A stretch of 64,000 bases of DNA, from assembly GCA_036172245.1 (NCBI GenBank), contig JAYWIR010000069.1:1-64000 (forward strand), read 5' to 3'. This DNA comes from Raillietiella orientalis (taxonomy: Eukaryota). This document shows positions 48,101 to 61,929 of this stretch, piece after piece (position 1 is the first letter of the stretch; each line of letters opens with the position of its first letter). Both the position numbers and the translations under genes were made by a program. The notes beneath the pieces are model-generated. The model did no database searches, was not told the origin of the DNA, and worked only from the letters and a program-made list of their open reading frames with translations.

Positions 48101-51100
48101 TTCTGTAAGGAGTGTGCCTCAGGGAAGATGCGCGCCCGAGTTGTTTTTACGAACAAAAATGGGAAAGAGTCATTTTCAAATGCAGGGGGACGGATCGGAA
48201 AAGCACGTTCCCTAAGTGCAGGGCCACGCCCTGGTCCGAAAGAGCTTTCGTTAGGTAAGGAGGAAGTCGCGACGAACGCCACCCTTGAATTGGTGAGATC
48301 GCCAAGGCCAGCATCGTATGTAGAACAAGCGCGGCAAGGTCGATGGCTGGAAAAGTGTGGTGCAAACCTGCTGTGCTGCTCCTCTGCACCCACCGAGATG
48401 CCCTTTAGAAGAAACGTTCCGCAGTTTCCGGCTCCGCACCCGTTCGTACCGTGCGAACGTCATTCGCCGAAGGCCAAGTCGAAAAACTCTTGCAACTCTG
48501 CGTGACCCCTTTTCCGATTACTGCTGTAAAGGATGCGGTTAGCTATCAGGTCAGCCCCACAAATTGTGGGAATATCTAAAGTGGGATTAGCAAGTAAACG
48601 GGAAATATTTTCGTGTTGCCCGAAAAGTGGACACAGTTTCAAAAAGCTTCAGAAAGAACGATGGCGCCACTCCCAGGATGAAGACGTTGGGCAAGTCGAG
48701 AAAACTGAGTCTTGGAAAAATGTGCTTCCGATATGGGAGCAGGAAGTTAACGATGAGATCGAGTTCACGGACCCGGAAGTGCGTCGCAGAGAAATAGCCG
48801 AGCAGTTTGCTCATCGGACCGTGTGATGTTCGAACAGGAGGAGTCAGTCAAAAAGATTCCCATGACGAAGAACTTCCGGTTCGGTGCACCAGAGAGGAAC
48901 GTGATTTGGCAAGCGAATCACAGATTGCCGTGGCGAGTATGCTTTCAAGGATCACGAAATTCGTGGGCTTAAGGGAGTCGGACTTTCCATGTTTCCTTGG
49001 GCCAGAGGGAACGGGCTTTCCCCGATGTTCAAGGTGCGCTTCTGCAGACTTGCCTGACACCGAGGTGGTCACCGTCCAAACGGCGTGAAAACCCGAAAAG
49101 TGTTGGGTGTTGCCCATAGCTCCGTAAGAGTTGAGAGGCGATGGTGCAGATTGGGGCGTTTGCTTTTTGGAATTGCTGCACGCCATATTCTTTGGAACTG
49201 CCTCCTCGTCCATTTTATCCAAACCTGCTGAGGCTTGGGCTCCAGCTGAATGTGGAGTGCTGTGCGCCTGGGTCGTTGGAAAAGCATTCGTGGCAGGTCC
49301 AACGTCTGTTCTGAGAAAGCTCCAGCCCCGAGTCTCAGTTTTCGGCACGGTGAAGTTCGTTAAAACGAAGTTGCTGACAGTTGTCGCATTTGTCCTTGCG
49401 AGCTCCACAAGACCAGTACGACGGCGTGGTCCTTGCGTTCGTACCGACTTCATGCGATCAGGCTTTCCTTCGAAGCATTTGTTTGCTTTGATCCTCAAAA
49501 GATGCGTACCGGAAACTGCTCGACCCAAGTTTCCCAGCTCGGTGCTTTCCACATTTCGTTTCGAATAGGGATCCGCTCGTCGAGGCGTGACGGTAGGCGC
49601 GCAATCTCGGGACGGGAGGATTTCGAGATTGGAAGCACTTGCGCCGCGAGCTGACCTGCGACCTGTCCAGTGGCCGCTTGTCAGAACGGAAGTGCCCGTG
49701 TCATGGCACAGTCTGCTTCGATCCTTGAACTCGTTGATCAGCTTCCGTTATTGCTTTCCCACCCAACGTGGACATTTCCGCTTGCTAACTCGTAATTCCG
49801 TGAAGTCGTGGTATGATTCAAGTCGGAAGCATGTGGAAATGGTTGTTGTTGTTGTTGTTGTTTTTTTTTTTTTTTTTTTTTTTTTCCCCAGCAGATTAAG
49901 TCATGGATGACAGCACAGACGCTGCATCTATGGCGCCCATCACACGATTCGGTTATCGCCGTCGAATACCTAGTTCTCCCATTGAATCACTGAGCCCTTG
50001 AAATGTTGAGGTATCGAAAATTTCAAGTTTTAGTGCGTGAAGTCCGTCAGACGGAACAGAACAGCAATTGCTAAAATAATTCCGCAAGATGTAGCAATCA
50101 GTGCAAGTGGAATGAATCCATTCTTCTCCGATGCAAAGCGCTTCGTTAAGAGACGTTTTCTGAGGCGGATTCGCCGATTTGGTGGCTCTTTGTTTTTCAC
50201 TGTTTCTTATTCAGAATCGCTGTGCGTCCGTGTCTTTCAGTTTGGGTTAATCAGACTAATTTCCCACGTGGGGGCTCTTTGGGAGCAGCCAGTCTCAATT
50301 ATCGGAATCCTTCATTAGGCCCTTCATCTGCATGAGGCTTCCATCCGAACTCCGTGCCTTGCTTCATCCACTTGATCTTTGGCGCAAGGAGCGCTCACGA
50401 AACACAGTCACGCCACGTGTCTTATTTCAGCTCAATACATCGACAGCGAATCGTTCTGTCATTCGCCGTTCGAAAGGCCTTATTTCTTCGTCCTCCTGAA
50501 ATTCTATGCGAGACTTCCATCGTGCCTCAACCGATTCAAATGTTTAACCGCCCTGCCGGTGCGTGCATCTCCAGAGACGCCCGGGGACTGCAGCTGCAAT
50601 CTGTCGCATTCCTGAGCTTGGAATGTCTTTTTCGGCATTTGGGTGTCTTTTGCTTCAATCTTGCCAGTGGGAGAAAGCGAGCTGATTCGAATGTGTGTGT
50701 TCACTTGGAACGAAGCAGCAGATAGAAAAAGACGCACGAAACTTTTGATAACAGCTCATGCGTGCGTTCCAGGTTGGGTTTGGATTGTGTGACTCCGACC
50801 ATTTGCAACGTCGCAACACGTAGAGATTCATATGGGGCTCCCATCTGGACCACAGGCTGTTCTTTTGCAGCCAGTCCATCGTAATTTCCGACAAGCTGTT
50901 CAATTGCAGCCTCCTCCCAGTTGACGAGCAGCCCGTAAACACGGGACTGAAGCACAGTTGGCTACATTGGAAGGGATGAGGGAAGCCGATTCTGCTCCAG
51001 GACTTTCGTATTCCTTTTGCGGGAATGGCTTGTTGCTACTGAAGGTGAACGATCCTCAAACGGATGATGTGCTTGTTGATGCCTCGTGTTACCTTTTGGA

Positions 51101-51980
51101 TCACAGCTTCCTTGAGGCTCGGTTTCCATCAGACGTTCTCTCGGCTGAGACAGCGGCGACCATTAGTCATTTTGATCACCAGAATTCTCAAGGAACTTTT
51201 TCTTAGTACTGTGCTAACAGATCCCCCCGCACGCACACACTTCCTTTTATTATTATTGTTATTATTTTCTTTCTTACTTTCCCCTCAAAAGTCAAGTTCC
51301 GAATTCTTGTCCACGGGTGATGCCATCAGCCTTGGCAACGGGCTTTTGTGTGCCGCAGTCTTGCCTCTCATTTTCCGCGGTATTCCCTAAAAGATCCACT
51401 TTGTTCTGTGAAAATTCCTCCTTCGCTCCTCGAGGAAGGTAGCGTGTCTTCATCGCATTTTCTAAGTAACATGAAATTGCTGCCCGCACGCATTAGTCTG
51501 TTCCAAGAACGTCCAGTGACCCAGGAGCATCTCAAAGGTTGATGTTGGGACTCTCTCAAGTCAGTTGAAAGGGAGATCTGTATTCAGGATAATGAAACTG
51601 AGGATCGCATGCTGTGCAATCCGTACGGCGCACTTCGTACGAATTAGACAACCCCATGCTCTTTTATCTGTCTCCCAAACGTTTATTCTGCCTTTTTGTT
51701 TATTCTTCGAATGGAATGGGATCGAAGCCGATGTAGATTATTTATTCTCCAAGGGGGGGAGGGGGAGGGGAGCGCCATAATTTCCCACGTAGTACGAAAG
51801 CAACGATGCATTAAGTGTGTTCTAAGCAACTTTATTCTTCTAGAACAAGAAAAGGACACCAAAGAAGCCGAGGTCACGAAATTAACTTTCCAGCCTAAGC
51901 TTATGACCTTCGAAATGGAAATAATGCAAAATATGAACATTACTGAAGACAGGATTCCTGCCCCGACGTGGTGGTATTAA
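45185..51980 (+). CDS. MRPL24: Mitochondrial ribosomal protein L24 (uL24m), 4 exons: 45185-45418, 45610-45812, 47764-47900, 51844-51980; 236 aa
   Basis: KOW motif [18 protein letters not shown], then [26 protein letters not shown]...[12 protein letters not shown] and the C-terminal TFEMEIM...[11 protein letters not shown]. Phases are compatible. Confidence 0.95.
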
Positions 51981-52652
51981 ATAGTATTTACAAAGCTGTG
52001 GAAAAGTTGTATTCTTGAAATGTTAATGGTTAGAGAAAAAAAATTACTTTGTTGTTCTTTCAAACTCGGTTGCTGTCGGAACTGAATTAATTTTGTACAA
52101 TTATTGAATTGAGGATTTCTCAAGTAGCAGTCATTTATCCGGATCTTTCCTGCAGACTACATGTTCAAGCAAACCTTTGTAAGAGGCTTTCCTCTTTGCT
52201 ACTCGTCTGCATTTCTGGTTGAGTCCAATTTCTCAAAGAGTTGTTCCGCCATGTCGTCTCGAAGGAGTATGTGCACGCAAATTTTCGGTAATTGCAACTC
52301 AGTAATTTCTCCGTGAAATCTTTCTAATTCCCGAACATGTTGTTGTTGTACTAACACAAGCAGCAATCCGCTGTTCTTTATTCAAAGTGCTGAATTATTT
52401 GAGTAGAAAAGAAAGGAAAGGTGCTTTTGACTTTAGAATGTCTTTGAATGGCACTGGTTGCACTTAAAGCAACTTAACAATCTTTATGTGAAAACTCTCT
52501 TTGGCATTTGACACATTTCACCTCAAAAATAGCCACATCATGACCAAGTCATAAGACATCCAACCATATACGTATTTGTTGTGTACTTGAAAAAAGAAAT
52601 CACGAAATGCGTACAAAATTTATTTGGAATATTTTTAAGAACGCCCATGATT

Positions 52653-54772
52653 TCAGTCAGTACCAAAATACTTGTGGCCAAAATGATTTGGAGCAATTGG
52701 ATGTAATTCGGATGTCAAAATCTTTAGATCAGGAAATGCGCTACTCACTGCCTGTGCTGCCAGTGGTGTGCTGAACAGGTTAAGAAGTATCAAATTTTTT
52801 TCTTGAACCATGTGTTCCTTTAATGTTTTTACTGCTCTTATCACTGTGTTTCCAGTATCTACACAGATAATGAAATGCGGTGTGTTTAAAACTTGTAAAT
52901 CTTTGTCAGATTGCATATAAAGTACAATAAAATTTCTTTTCATCAAAATGTGATAAAGGAGCCAATTAAGAAATGGCTCTTCCTTAAGTCTGTGATATGA
53001 ATGCTAATTATTTCTTTGAAAAGCATTGTTAACATGAACTCAATATGTAGCAAATGATTACAAACTTAGAAGGGTTTAAGGTTGAAATGTTGAAAATAAA
53101 AATATATTTACTTAATATAGGATACATCAGCAAAACTTTTCGTGCTGCAATATCTTTGGGGAACTTTGCATACACTACTGTTGCCTCATGAGTATCTGAG
53201 TCTGATTCCACCAATATTTTGCCTATCCTTATTGAACGGCAACAATCTCTCAGTCCCTGCAATTTCAGTACAATTTTTGAGCATGCACTTTTCAGTGGAA
53301 TTTTTACATTTTCAAATATATCAACTTATCAAAGGTGGAATTATTAATTGAATTCAAGTCTTTCCCCAATTTCGTAACTTATCAAATGGGCAGTAGTTAA
53401 ATTATGTCATGAATGAAAACCATTCATTTAAGGCGCATACGTTCAAGGGATTGAAACATACACTTAATATGAGAATCAGATTTTCATCTTCGTTTCTGAA
53501 CAAAGTTTCAAAAAAATAAAATAAAGTATCAATGGCTTTTCATAATCCGATTTAATGTCCAGTGAACCGAAATTTTCATTTTCATTCATGGCATGGGCAA
53601 CATTCAGCACAACCATGGGAAACTTTGTTCTTGGACTTGCAGCTTTCTGCACAGAAAATTACAGCTTGGATTACTCCTATGTCAACATTTGAAATGATTT
53701 TAAAATGTTCAAATACAATCTTTGTAACTTACAAAGGCCTAAGAATTTTCAAAAGGCATCATTATGGAAATTAACTTAAATCTGCAAATGCAAGTAAACT
53801 GGAAATTTAAAAGAATCGAATCAACTTAAGAGTACCCAACAATATAAATATTGTATGTATTTATAAAATACCTTATCACTCAGTGATAGTTTCTGCATTG
53901 CTAAGTTTGTGAGCAAGTTTACTGTACAGACAGTATGTGGACTGTCATCATTCATAATTATGTTTACATGCAATCTCATAAATGCTTTACTTTGACTTGA
54001 TGAAAGAAATGCATATCATTTCAGTGCATGGGCAACAAGAATTCATTTTCCAATAACAATCTTTTGTATGTACACCAAAGCTACAACTGTCATGTAAAGA
54101 AGTATCTAACTTTTGGGGAGACACAAAATAAATGCCCACGTAAAATGAAAGTTAAATGAGGAGGAATAATTCAGCATGCATAAAGATCAGTTATTTAACA
54201 AAACTTGTCTCACAGTACTTTTTCCATGGCTTCACCACTTCTTACGATGCTTACACCACAGTTCCCTCTTTTAAACTTCAAGCCATGATAGACCCTTCCA
54301 GTTGGAGTCACTATATCAACGGAAGTGTACGGTAAAAAGTTGAGTCCTTCTTCTACCAGAAGCCTTATCTACATTGGAAAATACATGATCAAGTTGTAAT
54401 CCAACTAATTTGCGAACACGCCTACAAGTCTATCAGCATAAAAGACAAAATCACTTCTTGTTGCATCTCTGAAATAATCAATTATAAAATGATTAAAATG
54501 CAATGTCCATTAACGAACTGATCTCTGATAACTGTCTGCAATCCTATAGTTTCATCAGTGCATGACAAAATTTTCAAATTGGGTGTTAAATTAGGCACTA
54601 ACGATTCCTTGAAGGATATGTTTAATTCTGAAACCTGTTATTTACGTGATGCATATGCTTTTTACGTACCCACAGATATGGTTTGATCCTTTTTCTCCTT
54701 GCTGGATTCAGCAGTGCATTCAGGGCCAGCTTTAGTGGATTCACCAATTGTATGTGCACAGTGACAGCTCAT
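52653..54772 (-). CDS. UPRT: Uracil phosphoribosyltransferase homolog, 6 exons: 54772-54670, 54627-54519, 54468-54426, 54368-54219, 53256-53112, 52858-52653; 251 aa
   Basis: [75 protein letters not shown] and the C-terminal HFGHKYFGTD* match the animal UPRT type. The first exon is less certain. Confidence 0.93.
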
Positions 54773-55586
54773 GGTAACAAGGTCTCTCAAAACAAATCAC
54801 ACAACGGTTGACACTTCTGCAACCGCAGTCAAATAATGTGAGAAATTTGTTGTCAAATATCGGGTGCAAAATGTGCAGACGGCAAGACTTAATTACTTTG
54901 ATGATTGGATCGATTGAATTAGCACGCTTTAACGCACGTATCTTGAAATGAGTCAACCATCGAATAACACAGATTTTTTTTTCTTATTAGACCAGCAGCA
55001 GGTAAACGAATACAAAAATCAGGTCTTACTGTAACCCATGGTAGTCCGATTGCACGTACAACCAAAGAACTCGTAATGCTGCATGCTGAAAACAGTGTTA
55101 CACAAGTACCATAACAAATGTCTCCTAATTAGACTTGAAAGATTTGGTGTTGAACTTCCAAAGTTGGAAGTGTGAAGAAAATTTTGGAATTATAAATTCA
55201 GTAAGTTCCACCCTTTAGTATAAGCAGCAGCATTTTTAATTTTTTCTCTTGGTTTTTCCTTCATTAAATGAAACCGTGAATGCCAAAATCCAATCGCGAA
55301 CCGTATACGCTTGAAATTTCAATTTTTCAACTAGCATGTACAGGTATTTATGTTATCCTACAAATAAAAAGACTGGAAAAAGGCTGCTGGAATAAGGTTG
55401 TTTTCACCAAAGTTTAGCCATATTAATGGAGAAGAATATTTTGCGAATTTGAACTGCTATTTTCTGCCATTACGACTCCAGGCAATGATTGAGCTACATT
55501 TTACCAAGGATGTAAACAGATAAAGAATATTGTCTTTGAAATAAGCACACCATTAGGACCAACGTTTTTGCTGATAGATTCGCTAG

Positions 55587-55821
55587 TTTGAAAATTTTGC
55601 CATGCGCCGATGAAACCACAAGTTATCAGAGATCAGTTCGTTCATGGATATCGGAGTTTGTTCAATTCATAATTAATCATTTCAGTGATTCAAGAAAAAA
55701 TGATTTTGTGTTTTATGCTGGTCGATTTGTAGGAGGCATATTCGCTAATTTTTTGGATTACAACTTGATTATGTATTTTCCAATGTAGATAAGGCTTCTG
55801 GTTGAAAAAGGACCCAATTTC
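55587..55821 (+). pseudogene. Inverted partial UPRT duplicate (parts of exons 2-4 with two introns)
   Basis: LKILPCADET, DSRKNDFVFYAGRF, IRLLVEKGPNF and both intervening introns match the reverse complement of ~54337-54581. An ~11-nt deletion shifts the frame. Confidence 0.88.
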
Positions 55822-55992
55822 TGATACATATCCACATCCACACACCAAAAGTAATTAAAAATTGCAAAATTAAAACATCAGTAAACATGAGAATCGTATT
55901 TCGTAAAAATGCATTAATTGACTCCTCTGAGAACCAAATTTTTATCAAACCTGTATGTTTTCACTGAGATATCTTGATGTTAGTTTTTGGAA

Positions 55993-56041
55993 TATCTTGC
56001 ATAGTTTCCAAAAATTTACTTTTTGGAAACTATGCAAGATA
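55993..56041. repeat. Perfect 22-bp inverted repeat with a 5-nt loop
   Basis: TATCTTGCATAGTTTCCAAAAA-TTTAC-TTTTTGGAAACTATGCAAGATA. Confidence 0.9.
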
Positions 56042-59000
56042 ACTATGCCTAAACACGCTTTTATTTCCTGTAAAATGTCTTCAGCACGGAAATGTAGAAA
56101 GTCTCTATTTTTTCTTTAGTTTGATCCGAAAAGTTCCTTTGTATTTCAACTATCTTTCTTCCAAGGTTCTATTTCTTTTAAAAACACATCTCACTTTTTT
56201 CCCCACAGCCTGGGCTTTTATTTAGTTTCGTACAGAAACTTTGTGTTTTTCGTTGAGGATATTTTTCAAGAGGTGTAGCAAACATTCTCAAGAGTGTTTT
56301 TCTCTAATACCTTTCTGATGCATTACTCATTTATAATAGGCATACTTGAAATCGTCATTTAGAAAACAAAAATACATTCATTTAAGTGCATTTTAATCAA
56401 GGCAATAATCGCTGCACCGTAATCATGGCCATAGTATCACATACCACATTATCTAACATTGTATTCTGTTTTCACACTACACTGCTCCATCTTGGCATGT
56501 AAACTCAACATCAATGAACACTTGCTTGCGTGATCGAAACGTAACTTTTGATGCATGTATGCTCACTGTTTATGACAAGTCTTTGAGCTTTCAAGAAATA
56601 TTTGCCAACGAAGCATTTTGTAATTTGGTTGCGAGCTCTGCGTTGATTAGATTTACAAGTCAATAGATAAAGATCCGGATTCTCATGATTTATTTTTCTC
56701 GTTAGGGTCGGCCGATGCTTATGTTTTCTATCTAGAATATTATTACCGTGGTAAGTCTGCCAATGGAATTAAAAAACGATGAGAATATATCTTTATTCAA
56801 TGGTAAACAGATCAGATAATATCCTTGCCTCTATTTGTAAACAACGTAGAAATTGGAAGCATCCGTCTTTCTTCTCTTACTCTAATGAGAAGCTTTTCCA
56901 GCAGTTTACTTACTCTGAAACACCCGTAATCTTCGCAAAAAATTCCTTCTAAGAAGATCAAAAAAAAGTTCTCTCCGTGCACAGTTATCGTTGATCCTCA
57001 TGGTCGGAATTGGTGCATATGTGGCAGCGGCATTTTGTGATCCTAGGTGCAGCTCCGATAATTCATTTTACCTTTAAGATGCCAACCTCCAGGAAAAATT
57101 CAGCCATCATATGCCTAACGTACAGATTATAAATGTTATTTACTGCCTGAACTTCAATTTGGAAATGCTTACGATGCACTTGTTGGTGCCACAAGTGCAT
57201 TGAATTGAACAGGTTATCAGAAATTGCACAGGGCTATAGGATAAATCATCTGTTAAAAACGTCAATTTCTGGGAAATTATTAATGGCACTTTTTTTCCCG
57301 GGAGCAAGAATGGAGTCTCCAGGAGTATGAGACTCTTGTGCAGTGATTTTAAACCGTAAATTCTTCTGAGCTCCATTTTTCATTTCCATCAAATTTCAAG
57401 TCTGGAAATTCTTCAATCAATAGCATTATTGATGATTCCTATGTCTTGCCGAAGCCGTCCAAGCTTTTACCAGCGGAGGAGGGGACATTGAAGAACTTCG
57501 GAACAGATTCTCCATTTTCAAAGCTTAATCTTCAGTTGGTTGACTCAGTGTCAGTGACCCTTTCGCATGAAATTTTCTACGCTTTCACAGGTAAAAGAGG
57601 TTATCTTCAGCAGATATCTGAAGGAGTCAACAGTTTCAAGTGTGTGGTTACTGCCGTATTTGAAATGTTAAAGGAATAGAATAAGATTCCAATCACATTC
57701 AGCTTTTTCAGTGAAAAAGTTTCCTGTTGTTATAATTTCAAAGTTGTATTGCTTTGAAAGACTGGGAAGGTCTTGTCCTCTGGACTTGTATACACATCAT
57801 TAATTGTATTATGACCTGACCGAACCCTGACTTGCATAATTGTATTATTACCTGATGTGTTTTTTAATTTAAGTCTTGCGACAAGTCGCATAAAGAAGCT
57901 GTTTGGATCATGAATGATCATTGCACGTACCACGTTGTATGCAGAATCTGGATGTTCAGTATCTACACTTTTTCTTAAACGATATGTTTGAATAACATTC
58001 CATCCAGATTTGCGAAAGTAATAGTTTTAAATGGGACTATCGTGTATATAAAAATGAACATCGTAATTTAAAAAGTGTAACGAACAATTAATGGTATCTA
58101 ATGACCAACCCAGAACTGTCTGATCAAAACCATTGTCTATTAAGCTTCATCAGGCAAACATTTATTCTGATAAGCACAAAGCAACTTATACCAATTTCCA
58201 GAATTTTTCAATCCTGCAAATGTCCGTTCATAAAACAACACAGTTACAGTTTTCGTGTTATAGTAAGCATTTGAATTGTAACGATTCAGGAGTTATGATA
58301 AGAGATGCATAACTGAAGAAAAAGTAAGAATTTTCAAATGAAAATCCCAAAGAGGGTGAAACTCATTGCTAACCATAGAAAAAAAAAAAAATTACTTAAA
58401 AGACCTTTGAGTATTGCAATCTATGTGATCACATGAAGCACCAATCGAACATCATAACGTCCAAAACACCCTTTCATTCGAAAATAAGGAACAAAGTCTG
58501 GTTTCAATCTGATGCATATGTTGCAGAATATTGCTGGTGGAGAGGTGGTGCCGAGGTGAGTTTTGATTAAACAGTTCATGACCTCTGGTATTCCATGGCA
58601 AACGAACTTGGCAGGCTTGTTCACCTGGAAGCTCGGCGATTGCCTGGAGACAAGTCCTTCACAGCGTAACAAGCACGGAAACTGCACATTAATCTAAGAG
58701 GGTTTTATACAAGTTAATGAGCTTTCCATTTCCAATTACGTTTTATCAGTGTTTGAAGACTTAATTTTCCCTGCAGTTTTCCTGTTAAATCCACTGTTTT
58801 TTTTTGATCTTTATGGCATGCAAAGGTCATGCCCCGTATTACCAGGACTGAATTCGGTGCCTCGCTAGAAAACGTCTGCGAAAAAGAATGGACTCTAGAA
58901 AGCCGTATCGAAAACTTTCCCTTCTGAATTTCGAGTTTCTATTAAAGCGTCTTTTTTGCGTGCAGGTGTAAAATTCCGATGCTTTGCAGTCGGTTTTACA

Positions 59001-60226
59001 ATGCATTGATTGATGTAAGAACCACAATTGAGTTGACTAGCTTTTAATTGATTGAACGTTTTACCAAATACACTTTAAACAAATTAAACTATCTTTACTT
59101 CACTTTTGTTTACAAAATCTGAGATTGCGTTAAACTGTGCTTATTTGACTTGCGGAACTCCAGATTTCAAAGAATTTGTGAAAGTTCTCACTGCCTAGCA
59201 CAATTTGTCGTTTACTGAAATTTGCCTCATTAAGATTTTCTATTTCGGTGTACCATTGGTGTGCTTTGTTGTGTTCTTTTCCTTACATTCTAAATGTCTC
59301 GTTGCTGTAAAATCGATTAATTTCCAATTCTGGTAAAGTACAAATGCTAAAGTCACACTGAATTCGAGTCTCAGTACTCAATCAAATTTGCTTTACGGAT
59401 ACAGAATATACTGAAACAAGGAACTGCTCTTTCGCATTTGTGAACTTGGTAACACTGTAATTTTTGTTCTTGGATTGCATCGCATTGCTGTTTGGGTGCT
59501 TCATTGGTATTGCATATGAAAGTTTACTTCGGTAGTTTGGTCCTTTGCAACTGACCGTACTGTGTAGTAATAAAGGGAATGGCAATTTTTGCAAAAAAAC
59601 TGGATTCCTACTTGTTATAACACATATGATCAAGGTATTTGCCCACCTCTTATTAGGCAGGCACCTTTTACAGAAGCTTTGATAAAAGTATCTGTAGTCT
59701 AAAATAACCATCGTTTCAAAGTTCTGTATTTCAAAACCAGATGGCATACAAACAGCAAATTCATCACTAAAATGAGCTTATGCAATAAATTTCATTTGCT
59801 TTTGATTTTTGAGAAAATTCACTAAACATCTGTAAACGTATGAACAAAATATTTGTAAACATCTGTGAGAGTGATAATCATGCACGGTATATTTGGGATG
59901 TATGCTCCAGCAGAACTGCTTGTTTGCAATATTGTGTAATTGCAAATATGGTATTGCAAATATTGTGTAATTCCTGGTTGACATCTTTGATATTTTTTCA
60001 CATTTTCCTTTTTCTGATACTTGCTGATGGCTATTTCACAGACATGCAAATAAGTATTGTTGGCGTCTGTCTACAATTGCCTTCGATTCAAAGATTTGTT
60101 TCATCCATGCTTGCAGCAAAATCTACAACATGCTCTTCTTCCTCCTTGAAGACCAAGATGATTTTTCCCATTTAGAAATTTTAGTACTCACTCAATTGCT
60201 GAATTTCACTGATGTTCACAGGATTG

Positions 60227-61929
60227 TTACGTGAAAGATTCCATCAAAAATTGGAATTTAAAACTATCCCAAGTAGGAGATCGAAATGCAATACCTTGAC
60301 TGCATGACAAAGGTTGCTGTTGCCTACTTAGCTGTAAATTCTTTTTCCCATGTGCTGCACTAGGTGAGTATGGTTTTACCTGATAAGAAACAGAGTCCAT
60401 CTAGAAAACCCTCCTGTTAATGGCCAAAGCAAATCAGGAGATTACCTGCATATCAGGAGAATTCAACTCGCATGTGGAAACTGGAATGGGGTTTTCCCTT
60501 GCTAAACTCTGAGCACAATATGAAAACTGCAAGTTTGGTCGTTTCAGTGAAATCCATTTCCGCAGATGTCTACACAACATGATTGTAGACCTCCATCCCT
60601 TATGTGAGTTCAGATGCTTACTTGAGAAAAGGAGCCACCATGAAAAAGCAACTCTGCCTTCTGTATGGTGCATCCCAGTGACTGAAGAGTTCCATAACCT
60701 GAAACCACTCTAAAGCTTTGATTTCATTTCGTGTTTTGGGCACAAATTTCGTGTTTCTGGGTACTCCGGGTACTAAATATAGACGCACTCTAGTATCACG
60801 AACAATTTCTTCAATGTATTCTTTTTCATCTAAGTGACTACTGATATCAAAACCAGTTTCTTCCAGAACCTAAAAACATGTTACTTCATGTTTTCATATG
60901 TTCAATAGGAATTCAACCTCTCTGATGGCACAGTTTTCTGGGGATTCATCTTCATTCACTTTCCCTTTGGGAAATCCCCATGAATTTTTCGAGTAAAACC
61001 CTTGGACCAGAAGTACATGTGACAATTCAGGGTTGATAAGAATTGCACCATAAGTTGGTACAGTTTGTTTGTAACATTTCCATTTCTGATACACTTCATC
61101 TACACTGTCAGAGTAAATTTTCAAAAATGGGATGTGCTGAAATTTGAATTGGATACCTTGTCATTATGAACCTGTTACATGGCAATAATATTGAACTATA
61201 CTAGATCACACTTAAAAATTATTTTGGGAATTTCAAGGAAACAACTGCTTTCAATTGTAAACTCATAAAGTGATTCTTTGTGTGAGAACAGGTGTAATTC
61301 AAGAACAAAGTTTGGTGCTTTAAAAAGTAAGTGCATGTTTATAGGTGCAAAGTTATTACATATGAATCCTAAATACAAAATAAAACACTTCATACATGGA
61401 GGGTCTAGTGGATTACTCAATAATTGCATGTGCCCGATAATTTAAACGTAATTCGCGAATCAAGTCGCATGAGGTCAAATCAACAGCACAAGTTTCATGT
61501 TCCCATTTTTCCTTCTGTGGCTGAAATATTGTTACACCTTGAAAGGTATTTGCCATACATTATATACATATTTTAAAACACTTGTGCCGTTTCGAGTTCT
61601 TTCCCTAACTTGTCTCGGCAACTATCATTGAATTTCCCAAATAACGCATGGGTAATATACTTACATTAAAAATGGATTTCATAAAGCTTCTTATGTTGCA
61701 TCTTCTTACGTACGGGTAAGAATTACAATAAAAATCCAGGTAGAACCAGTGCGCCAATTCAATTTGAAAGCAAAGGCGTATTAAATCCCTACGTTCTTCC
61801 TCTGGTATGTTTATAATGAAGCGGCTAAAATTCACCCAAGTTGACCCTTTCAAGGACAGTTTGCCCGAGATACCTGCTTAGATCATCTAGGATGTAGGGT
61901 GGGATGAAAGGGTTGGTTTTGTTTTCCAT
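60227..61929 (-). CDS. DCP2: mRNA-decapping enzyme 2, 6 exons: 61929-61874, 61824-61665, 61136-60918, 60869-60622, 60569-60446, 60379-60227; 319 aa
   Basis: Box A ([37 protein letters not shown]), VPTYGAIL, Nudix box [48 protein letters not shown] and a C-terminal WDSFKF motif. Phases are compatible. Confidence 0.95.

Noticed and set aside
56900..59750. Short ORFs between UPRT and DCP2
   Set aside because: No recognisable motifs or consistent splicing; left unannotated.
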